The notes beneath the pieces were generated by a model. The model was not told where the DNA came from. It worked only from the letters and a program-made list of their open reading frames with translations, and did no database searches. The translations under genes were made by a program, and so were the position numbers. DNA of 64,000 bases from Spirochaetia bacterium (GTDB lineage: Bacteria; Spirochaetota; Spirochaetia; CAKZLE01). Positions 51,162-59,305 of this stretch are shown piece after piece. The stretch's first letter is position 1. Every line of letters starts with the position of its first letter. The DNA lies in assembly GCA_963677595.1 (NCBI GenBank), contig OY782041.1, forward strand, positions 2,592,001 through 2,656,000, read 5' to 3'.

Positions 51162-52040
51162 CTACCGGTAATAGTTCATGAAGATCTCTTCCAGTGAAGG
51201 TTCGGAGATCTTCAGGTCGATGATGCGGTGCCCGTTCAGCACGTTGAGTACCTCGTTTATATCGCCGGAGTGGAGGAACGAGAGCGTATTCCCATCAGCG
51301 ATGAGTTCCTCCACTCCATCGATCCTCAGGTCCTGCCCCTTCAGGGTGTCGCAGACGACAGAGTACTTGCGGTATGATTCACGGTTGATCGATGCGATGT
51401 CATCGATACGGATGATCCCTCCCTCCTTGATGAAGGCGATCCGGTCGCAGAGTCGCTGCACCTCACCCAGGATATGGGAGGAGAAGAGGACGGTCACACC
51501 CCGTGCCTGCTCCTCCCTGATGATCTCGAAGAAGGTCTGCTGCATGAGTGGGTCCAACCCTGAGGTCGGTTCGTCGAGGATGATGAGCCTCGGGGAATGG
51601 AGCAGGCCTAGGACGATCCCTACCTTCTTGCGGTTCCCGTAGGAGAGGGAGTCAAGTCTCCTGGAGGTGTCTACTTCGAGCCTCGAGCAGAGATCGCTGA
51701 TCCTCTTCGAGCAGTCCTTGTCATAGAAGCTCGCGGCATAGGAGAGCATCTGTGATACCTTCATCCGGTCATAGAAGAAGACCTCTCCCGGCAGGTAGCC
51801 GACTTCCCTCCGGATCTCAGGGCCGGAAGCGATGCAGTCCTTCCCGAAGATGGAGGCCCTGCCGCCCGAGGGGAAGATCAGGCCGACCAACAGCCTGATC
51901 GTCGTCGTCTTACCAGCCCCGTTCGGTCCGATGAACCCGAAGATCTCCCCCTCCTTCACGGAGAAGGAGACATCTTCGATCCCGCGGGCCTTCCCGTAGT
52001 ACTTGGTCAGGTTCGCTATCTCGATGATATTCTTATCCAT
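51162..52040 (-). CDS. ABC exporter ATP-binding protein
   Basis: GPNGAGKT, LDEPTSGLDP, SSH. Confidence 0.93.
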   Translation of the reverse strand: MDKNIIEIANLTKYYGKARGIEDVSFSVKEGEIFGFIGPNGAGKTTTIRLLVGLIFPSGGRASIFGKDCIASGPEIRREVGYLPGEVFFYDRMKVSQMLSYAASFYDKDCSKRISDLCSRLEVDTSRRLDSLSYGNRKKVGIVLGLLHSPRLIILDEPTSGLDPLMQQTFFEIIREEQARGVTVLFSSHILGEVQRLCDRIAFIKEGGIIRIDDIASINRESYRKYSVVCDTLKGQDLRIDGVEELIADGNTLSFLHSGDINEVLNVLNGHRIIDLKISEPSLEEIFMNYYR

Positions 52041-52100
52041 TCCTGCATACTCCCTGCCCTCAGTGTAGGGGATGGGAAGGCCTGTGTAAATGAAAAGTTC

Positions 52101-52150
52101 AAGACCTTCGGTCAAGACCACCGGTCAAACCTTCGGTCAGACCACCGGGA
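52101..52150. repeat. Four tandem 12-13 bp self-complementary units
   Basis: aagaccttcggtc aagaccaccggtc aaaccttcggtc agaccaccggga. Confidence 0.75.
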
Positions 52151-52168
52151 CGATGGGACCTCCTGCAC

Positions 52169-52723
52169 TCACAGGCTGCCTGTGCGGTAGTCAAGATGAA
52201 GACTCATGAGGTTGATGATCTCCTGCTTGTCGTCCCTGCAGTCATGTTCGAGCCACCTGGTCAGCAGGGCAATATACCCTCCCGCATAGAAACTCAGCAT
52301 ATACCCTTTCTGGAGGTCATCCCGGTAGGCAGCATGGATGATATCCTGGTTGACCCGGTTGATCCCCTCAGCCATGAAATCCATCAGGAGCCACTGCAGG
52401 TCAGCCTCGAAGATGGCTTTGTAGGCTTCCTTCTCCCGCTCGATCATGCTTAGGTACTCGTACCCTATATGGGTCTGGTCGGTGATGCCCTCTTCCTGGA
52501 TCTGCCTGAAGAATCCCTGCTGCTGGCCAACCAGATACTGGTGGATCACATCCTTCATGTTGGAGAAGTTCCGGTAGAAGGCCATCCGTGAGATGCCGGC
52601 CTTGGTGCAGAGCTCGCTCACCGTGATCTCATTGAACGATTTGCGCTGCATCAGGATGAGCAGCGCCTCTTCGGTACTCTCCATGGTCAGCCGCTTCTGG
52701 TTCAGGTTATACCTGTTTGGCAT
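52169..52723 (-). CDS. TetR/AcrR-family regulator
   Basis: ITVSELCTKAGISRMAFYRNF. Confidence 0.92.
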   Translation of the reverse strand: MPNRYNLNQKRLTMESTEEALLILMQRKSFNEITVSELCTKAGISRMAFYRNFSNMKDVIHQYLVGQQQGFFRQIQEEGITDQTHIGYEYLSMIEREKEAYKAIFEADLQWLLMDFMAEGINRVNQDIIHAAYRDDLQKGYMLSFYAGGYIALLTRWLEHDCRDDKQEIINLMSLHLDYRTGSL

Positions 52724-52846
52724 TACACTTCCCCCCATACTGTAACAACTGCATCGTTTTCCTTTGAAATGACTAACTGCAGGTTGTATCATGAATTGTA
52801 AGATGTTTCAGGTGTAACGTCAACACGATGCACCAAAGGAGCGCCC

Positions 52847-53713
52847 ATGAACGATTCCCAAGGAAGAACAGTAGTGGTCACAGGAGCCGGCTCGGGCCTC
52901 GGGCAGGCAACAGCCGTCATGCTCGCAGGTGATGGCTGGCGTGTCTTCGGCACGATCATCCCAAGCCAGGATCTTGGCATACTGAAGAAGCACGGTATAA
53001 CCCCGATGGTCGTCGATCTCGCAGACACAGAATCGGTGGGAGCGGCCTATAAGGAGGTCGAGCAGGCAGTCGGCGAGGCGGGGCTCTCAGCCCTGGTGAA
53101 CGTCGCAGGCCTTGCCGAGATAGCCGGCGGGATCATAGAAGGGGTCCCGGAAGACCGGGTACGAGCCCTCTTCGAGGTGAACCTCTTCGGTACCCTGCGA
53201 ATGATCAGGACCTTCCTGCCCCTGCTGCGGCAATACGGGCCGGCGAGGATCGTTAACGTCGCAAGCAGCGGGGTACGGGTACCTACCTCATTCTCCGGTA
53301 TCTATGCCATCTCCAAATACGCAGTGGAGGGGATCACGAACGCCCTCAGGTATGAACTGCCGATCTTCGGGATTCAGGTCACCTCGATCGAGCCGGGCGC
53401 CATGGATACGCCGATGACCGCGAATAGCGAGGAGAACATGCGCAAGACCTGGGAGCGGATGCCCGACGAGGTGAGGGAGCTCTATTATGAGAAGCTGAAG
53501 GTCCCCCTCGGCTATATGAACAACATGCTCAAGAACAAGAACAGCCCTGATGACGTTGCGAAGGTCATCAGGAAGGCCCTGTATGCAAAGAGGATGAAGA
53601 TACGCTACATGGGCGGGAAGGATGTGCAGATCATGCCGTTCCTGCAGCGGTTCCTCGGGGAGAATCTCTTCGAGCGGATGATGCTGAAGGTTCAGAAGAT
53701 GCCGAAAGGGTAG
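52847..53713 (+). CDS. SDR oxidoreductase (retinol/17beta-HSD-like)
   Basis: TGAGSGLG, VNVAG, YAISK, IEPG. Confidence 0.9.
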   Translation: MNDSQGRTVVVTGAGSGLGQATAVMLAGDGWRVFGTIIPSQDLGILKKHGITPMVVDLADTESVGAAYKEVEQAVGEAGLSALVNVAGLAEIAGGIIEGVPEDRVRALFEVNLFGTLRMIRTFLPLLRQYGPARIVNVASSGVRVPTSFSGIYAISKYAVEGITNALRYELPIFGIQVTSIEPGAMDTPMTANSEENMRKTWERMPDEVRELYYEKLKVPLGYMNNMLKNKNSPDDVAKVIRKALYAKRMKIRYMGGKDVQIMPFLQRFLGENLFERMMLKVQKMPKG

Positions 53714-53732
53714 CATAGAGGGGGAGGGAGCT

Positions 53733-56360
53733 ATGGTAACAGGACAGGATGCGATAGATTTCATGACCGGTGTGTTCAGCCCGGAAGAAGCCCTGAAGCT
53801 GAAGAAACGGGTGGTGGTGACCTATATCGTGGAAGGCGACGGCGGGGGGACCTGGCAGCTCACGGTAGCTGACGGGACCTTCGAGTTCTCAGACGGCGAC
53901 GGGATCAGTCCCGTGACGGCGACGGTCGTCTACAAGGATGCAGAGAGCTGTTATAAGCTCGTCACCGGCGAGATGAGCGGGGTGAAGGGGTATGCAACTG
54001 GCGCGATCAAGTTCGAGGGGCCGGCGAATATCCTGGTGAGCCTTGGGAAGGTCTTCAACCCCAAGAAGAAGGCAGCAAAAGAAGGGGAAGCTCCCCCGCT
54101 CAAGGAGGGGCCGGTGACCGGGCAGGACTCCATCGACTTCATGACTGCCGTCTTCGACCGGGAAGAGGCCCTCAAGCTCAAGAAGAAGTCAGTCCTTACC
54201 TACCGGGTTCCCGGGGAGACCGGCGGCTCCTGGCAGCTGACAGTCGATAACGGCAACTTCGAGTTCACCACGGGAGAGACGATCCCCGGGGTGAATGCCA
54301 CCGTGGAGTACCGTGACGTGGAGAGCTTCTACAAGCTCGTGACTGGGCAGCTCAGCGGGGTGAAGGGGTATGCCACCGGGGCCATCAAGTTCGAGGGGCC
54401 TGCCAACCTGCTCGTCAGCCTCGGTAAGGTCTTCCCCCCTGAGAAGAAGAAGCATGAGAAGAAGGAGCGCCGCCACCGGAAGCGGGGCGGGGGGCTCGGC
54501 GGCTATATGGGCAAGGTCCTTCGTGTCGACCTCGAGCGTGAAGTGATCACTGAGGAGAAGATCGACGAGGCGATCCTGAAGCAGTATGTGGGCGGCACGG
54601 GCCTCGGCGTCAGGATGCTGTACGACGAGGTGCCTGAACATGTGAACTGGGATGACCCTGCCAACCGCCTGATCTACATCACCGGCCCGTTCACCGGCAC
54701 CAACGCCCCGGGTTCCAGCGTCTATACGGTAGCGACCAGGGGAGCGCTGACCAATATGTTCGTCGCCTCCCATGCCAACGGGTTCTTCGGCATGCGCCTG
54801 AAACAGGCAGGAGTGGACGGCATCATCTTCCAGGGGGTGGCAAAACGCTGGGTCTACCTCTATATCAACGATGGGAAGGCGGAGCTGCGGGATGCTGCAC
54901 ACCTGATCGGGAAGGATACCTGGGAGACCGAGGACGCCCTCATCGAGGAGGTCGGCGAGCCAAAGGCAGGGGTCTCCTGCATCGGCCCGGCCGGGGAGCA
55001 TGGCGTACGCTATGCAGGCATCTGCTCGGACAAAGGCCATATCTGCTCGACCAACGGGGTCGGGACGGTGATGGGCCAGAAGCGGGTGAAGGCTGTGGTC
55101 GCCTTCGGCAAGCAGAAGGTCCCCCTCCATGATGAGGAGCTCTTCAAGGAGCTCGTCAAGGAGTGGTGGGATGAGGCGTTCGAGACCATGTGGGGATTCA
55201 TGATCCCCTCCCTGGGAACGAACGGGCAGTACCGCTCCTGTTATGAGGGGAGTTTCGTGCCGATCAAGAACCTCACGACCAACATCTTCCCTGACCATGA
55301 GAAGTTCGCAGGGGATGCCATGCGGGACTACTACAAGGGGAAACCACGTCCCTGTGCGGCCTGCCGGTTCGCCCATATCCATTCGATCGAACTGAAGTCA
55401 GGCCCGGGGAAGGGGATGGTCGTCGAGGAGGCGGAGTTCGAGGGGACGAATGCCTTTGCCGGCCAGATCTTCAACGGGGATGTCGATGCCTCGCAATGGC
55501 TGAACCACATAAACGACGTGCTCGGGATGGATGTCAAGGAACAGGCCTTCAACATCGGGCTGGCGATGGAATGCTACGAGAAGGGGCTGCTGACCAAGGA
55601 GGACTGCAATGGCCTCGACCTGAGCTGGGGGAACGTGGACGCGATCGAACAGCTCCTCTACAAGATCGCCAACCGGGAAGAGGGCATCGGGGACCTGCTT
55701 GCTGACGGGGTGTACCGTTCCGCACAGAAGATCGGCGGGGAGGCACCGGAATACGCGGTGTATACCCATAAGGGGAACGCCCCGCACGTCCATGACGGTC
55801 GAGGCATGTGGAGTATCGCCTTCTCGATGGCTGTCTCTGACATGGGATCGATCCCTGCCGGCGATATGGGGGATGTCGGTGACCTGCTGGACACGATCGG
55901 GGCCGATGCCCTTGACCCGGAGCAGGCCTTCTCAGGCGACCTGATCGCCAAGGGACAGGCGATCACCGGCAGGAGGGGGCATTTCATCGACTGCCTCGGG
56001 ATCTGCATGTTCGTCGCCGGCGTCCAGTTCACGACCATCGCCACCATGCTCAACACGATCACCGGCTGGAACTACAGCTGGAAGGACTGCGTGACGATCG
56101 GGGAACGGGTCATGAATATGATGCGTGCCTATAATGTGAGGTGCGGGCATACGAGGGAACACAACACCCTCTCGCCCCGCCTGCTCCAGGCACCGATCAA
56201 CGGTGCGGCGGAAGGCATCTCGATCGAGCCCGATTTCGACCGGATGATCGATATCTACTATGACATGATGGGCTGGGATTCGGACGGCAGGCCGTTACCA
56301 AAGACCATGAAGAGGCTGGGACTCAAGAAAGAGAGCAGGGAACTGGCTGCCATGCATTGA
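53733..56360 (+). CDS. Aldehyde:ferredoxin oxidoreductase family protein with two N-terminal SCP2 domains
   Basis: Two ~105-aa SCP2-like repeats, then GYMGKVLRVDL, IGPAGE, G.VMG.K..KA, CAAC, DCLGICMF. Confidence 0.9.
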   Translation: MVTGQDAIDFMTGVFSPEEALKLKKRVVVTYIVEGDGGGTWQLTVADGTFEFSDGDGISPVTATVVYKDAESCYKLVTGEMSGVKGYATGAIKFEGPANILVSLGKVFNPKKKAAKEGEAPPLKEGPVTGQDSIDFMTAVFDREEALKLKKKSVLTYRVPGETGGSWQLTVDNGNFEFTTGETIPGVNATVEYRDVESFYKLVTGQLSGVKGYATGAIKFEGPANLLVSLGKVFPPEKKKHEKKERRHRKRGGGLGGYMGKVLRVDLEREVITEEKIDEAILKQYVGGTGLGVRMLYDEVPEHVNWDDPANRLIYITGPFTGTNAPGSSVYTVATRGALTNMFVASHANGFFGMRLKQAGVDGIIFQGVAKRWVYLYINDGKAELRDAAHLIGKDTWETEDALIEEVGEPKAGVSCIGPAGEHGVRYAGICSDKGHICSTNGVGTVMGQKRVKAVVAFGKQKVPLHDEELFKELVKEWWDEAFETMWGFMIPSLGTNGQYRSCYEGSFVPIKNLTTNIFPDHEKFAGDAMRDYYKGKPRPCAACRFAHIHSIELKSGPGKGMVVEEAEFEGTNAFAGQIFNGDVDASQWLNHINDVLGMDVKEQAFNIGLAMECYEKGLLTKEDCNGLDLSWGNVDAIEQLLYKIANREEGIGDLLADGVYRSAQKIGGEAPEYAVYTHKGNAPHVHDGRGMWSIAFSMAVSDMGSIPAGDMGDVGDLLDTIGADALDPEQAFSGDLIAKGQAITGRRGHFIDCLGICMFVAGVQFTTIATMLNTITGWNYSWKDCVTIGERVMNMMRAYNVRCGHTREHNTLSPRLLQAPINGAAEGISIEPDFDRMIDIYYDMMGWDSDGRPLPKTMKRLGLKKESRELAAMH

Positions 56361-56373
56361 AAGGGAGGATAAT

Positions 56374-56670
56374 GTGGCAGAGATCGAACTCTATCCCCCG
56401 TTGTCTTACGGGTTCACGGAGAAGCGGGCAGGCACCTGGACGGTGGGAGTCCCGGTCCGGGAAGGGGAGAGTGTGGCTAGCCTCTTTACCCGCCTGTATG
56501 CGGAGGAGCCCGGGAAGTGGGGGAAGCTCTTCGACCTGAAGACCGGGAGGATGAAGCAGCCGATCCAGACATCCTTGAACGGGAAACCACTCTCACCTTC
56601 GGCATTGGAGAGTACCTTCGTCACAGACACGGACCGGATCGTGTGCAAATTCCTGATCGGCGGGGGATAG
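56374..56670 (+). CDS. MoaD/ThiS-family sulfur carrier
   Basis: 98 aa ending IGGG; follows the AOR gene. Confidence 0.85.
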   Translation: MAEIELYPPLSYGFTEKRAGTWTVGVPVREGESVASLFTRLYAEEPGKWGKLFDLKTGRMKQPIQTSLNGKPLSPSALESTFVTDTDRIVCKFLIGGG

Positions 56671-57834
56671 GTGGAGCGAGACAGACAGCTTTCGGGACAA
56701 GATAGTGCATCCACCTTGAGAAAACTCTATATCGAGGTGACGAACCAGTGCAATCTCGCATGCCGGACCTGTGTCAGGAATACCTGGCACCAGGAGACCG
56801 GGAGGATGAGCGAGGAGCTGTTCTCCAAGACCCTCGAGGGACTGGGGGCCTTCGCCAATAAGCCGACGATCTTCTTCGGAGGGTTCGGGGAACCGTTGAG
56901 CCACCCTGACATCGTGACGATGGTCAGGCGGGCCAAGGCGTATGCTCCCCGGGTGGAACTCATCACCAACGGGACGCTGCTTACCCCTGAGCTCTCACGG
57001 GAGCTGATCTTCGCGGGCTTGGACCTGCTCTGGGTCTCGATCGACGGGGCATCACCGGAGAGCTATGCCGATATTCGTCTGGGGGCGGAGCTGCCTGGCG
57101 TGATCAGGAACGTCACCGCATTCCATGAGATCCTCCAGAACCAGTTCGGGTCCAACAACTGCGGGGCCGTCCCGCTGTTCCGGACCGGGATCGGGGTGGT
57201 CTTCGTGGCGATGAGGAGGAATATCGCGGACCTCCCGGCAGTCCTGGAGATCGCACAGGGATTCGGGGCAAGCGATGTACTCATCACGAACTTCCTCCCC
57301 TACAGCCGGGAGCTGCGGGAGGAGATCCTCTATGGGATGACCATATCCAGGGCCCCGAAGCCAGCCCTGTTCCCCCATGTGCGGCTGCCGCTGATGGACC
57401 TGACCGATGCTACCACAGACCCGCTGCTCTCAGCCCTGCACTACGGCAGGTCGATCAGGGCAGGTGCCCATGAGCTCAACGACGAGAAGAACCACTGCCG
57501 GTTCATCGCCGACGGGGTGGGGGCAGTCAGTTGGAATGGGAACTTCAGCCCCTGCCTCCCGCTGATGTATGACCATGAGACCTTCTATGGTGAGAGGAAG
57601 AGAGTATCGAAGCGGTGGGCAGTGGGGAATATCAAGGACAGTAGTCTCAAGCAGCTATGGGAGCTTCCAGAGCATCTGGCCTTCCGCAGGAGGGTCCATG
57701 ACTTCGATTTCGCCCCCTGTACCTATTGCGGGGGCTGTGACCTAGCCGATGACAATGAACAGGACTGCCAGGGAAACGAGTTCCCCACCTGCGGGGGATG
57801 CCTCTGGGCCCAGGGGGTGATACAGTGCCCGTGA
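56671..57834 (+). CDS. Radical SAM/SPASM protein, tungsten-oxidoreductase maturase-like
   Basis: CNLACRTC, GGFGEP, C-terminal Cys cluster CGGCLWA..IQCP. Confidence 0.88.
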   Translation: MERDRQLSGQDSASTLRKLYIEVTNQCNLACRTCVRNTWHQETGRMSEELFSKTLEGLGAFANKPTIFFGGFGEPLSHPDIVTMVRRAKAYAPRVELITNGTLLTPELSRELIFAGLDLLWVSIDGASPESYADIRLGAELPGVIRNVTAFHEILQNQFGSNNCGAVPLFRTGIGVVFVAMRRNIADLPAVLEIAQGFGASDVLITNFLPYSRELREEILYGMTISRAPKPALFPHVRLPLMDLTDATTDPLLSALHYGRSIRAGAHELNDEKNHCRFIADGVGAVSWNGNFSPCLPLMYDHETFYGERKRVSKRWAVGNIKDSSLKQLWELPEHLAFRRRVHDFDFAPCTYCGGCDLADDNEQDCQGNEFPTCGGCLWAQGVIQCP

Positions 57835-57848
57835 TACCATCGGGTGCT

Positions 57849-59093
57849 TCACATGTCCTGATTCGCATGAGGAAGGGTTAGCCAGCTCCTGAGGCTGAAC
57901 ACCCCGATCCCGTCCTGGCTGGTCCCGTCAAGGGACTCATCCTCAGTCACCATATACCGCCTGTACCCATCTCGCGGGATGAGCAGGTTCCCGAATTCAG
58001 TATCGATCTTCTTCTGTGTCGGGAACCTGTCACATACCTGGACGTAGATCGTATCCCCGGCTCTCTCTGCAACGAAATCAATCTCCCTGTCTTTGGCCAT
58101 CCTCCCTGTGCGTACGGAATACCCCATCTGGAGAAGGGACAGGTAGACTGCCTGTTCAAGGATCTTGGACCGGTCGGCAGCCCTCATCCCACCACAGAGA
58201 TGGTTCCTGATACCCGTATCCTCGAAGTAGTATTTTGACGCTGTATCCAGATGCTGTTTGCCGGAAAGGTCAAAGAAGGGTGAACGATGTATGAGATACG
58301 AGCGTTCCAATGTCTCCAGGAATGAGATGACGGTGGGGACCGAGATCGTTAGCTTCTGGTTCTTCAGGTAACGTGATATGGAGGCTGCAGACACAGGGGA
58401 GCCAACCGTATCTGCAAGGAAGCGGATGAGGTATCGGAAGAGCTCCTTGCTCGATCCCTTATGTGCCCCGATGACATCATTGAACAGGATGGTCTCCTCT
58501 ACGGTCCTGAAGTAATCTTCCTGGAGTACCGCATCATCGGATATAGTATGCAGGTACGGGAGTCCCCCGATCCTCAGGAACAGGCCCAGGGATGCGTCCG
58601 AATCATCAAGTTTGTGGAACCTGAGGAATTCCTGATACGAGAGCCCGTGGATCTCTATCTGTGTATACCTGCCGGAGAGCAGGGTTGCCAGCTCCCCGCT
58701 CAACAGGTGACTGTTGCTGCCGGTGATATAGATATCGTAACCGCCCTGTTCGAACAGGGCTGATAGGGTCTCCTCAAAATCCGGGACTTCCCAGATCTCA
58801 TCCAGCATGACTACTTTTATCTCATCAGTATCCTTGAACTGAGCGATGATATACTCATACAGTTCCCTGCTCGTCCTGATGGGTATGTGGAACCGGTCCC
58901 GGGGGATATTGATCGAAGCAATGGCAGCCCTCGGGGACTGTTGGTGAATAGTATCCGCTATCTGGAAGAGCATATAACTCTTCCCCACTCGACGCTGTCC
59001 CGTCAGGACCTTGATCAGGGGAGATCCGATGTGCTTAAGGATGCGGTTCATATAGAGAGGTCTGGGGATATAGGAGGGATGGTTCCTGTTCAT
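57849..59093 (-). CDS. AAA_14 ATPase with DUF4143 domain
   Basis: GQRRVGKS, LDEI, ITGS, GGLP, KYYFEDTGIRN, EIDFVAE...YVQV. Confidence 0.9.
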   Translation of the reverse strand: MNRNHPSYIPRPLYMNRILKHIGSPLIKVLTGQRRVGKSYMLFQIADTIHQQSPRAAIASINIPRDRFHIPIRTSRELYEYIIAQFKDTDEIKVVMLDEIWEVPDFEETLSALFEQGGYDIYITGSNSHLLSGELATLLSGRYTQIEIHGLSYQEFLRFHKLDDSDASLGLFLRIGGLPYLHTISDDAVLQEDYFRTVEETILFNDVIGAHKGSSKELFRYLIRFLADTVGSPVSAASISRYLKNQKLTISVPTVISFLETLERSYLIHRSPFFDLSGKQHLDTASKYYFEDTGIRNHLCGGMRAADRSKILEQAVYLSLLQMGYSVRTGRMAKDREIDFVAERAGDTIYVQVCDRFPTQKKIDTEFGNLLIPRDGYRRYMVTEDESLDGTSQDGIGVFSLRSWLTLPHANQDM

Positions 59094-59124
59094 GGTAAAA
59101 GTATAGTATACTCCGCTCATGGTG

Positions 59125-59218
59125 TAAAGTGTACTTTATGAAGATATGAAAATATGCAGTAATATAAAGTGTACTTTACGAAAGTGCCATAAATACCATC
59201 TCCATAAAGTACACTTAA
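59125..59218. repeat. Three 14-bp palindromes at exactly 40-bp period
   Basis: TAAAGTgtACTTTA at 59125 and 59165; TAAAGTacACTTAA at 59205. Confidence 0.85.
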
Positions 59219-59243
59219 CAATAACCCTGCAAGATGATTCTTG

Positions 59244-59285
59244 TTGACTATTATAATACACATGTTATAATACACGTGTATTATA
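59244..59285 (+). promoter_or_regulatory. Promoter and candidate TetR operator of the GH3 operon
   Basis: TTGACT 59244-16bp-TATAAT 59266; perfect 20-bp palindrome tataatacacgtgtattata at 59266-59285. Confidence 0.7.
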
Positions 59286-59305
59286 CACTGAAGGAGATAC
59301 AGATC

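Noticed and set aside
59125-59218. CRISPR array
   Set aside because: Repeats are only 14 bp, three copies, and no cas genes in the window; kept as an unexplained repeat
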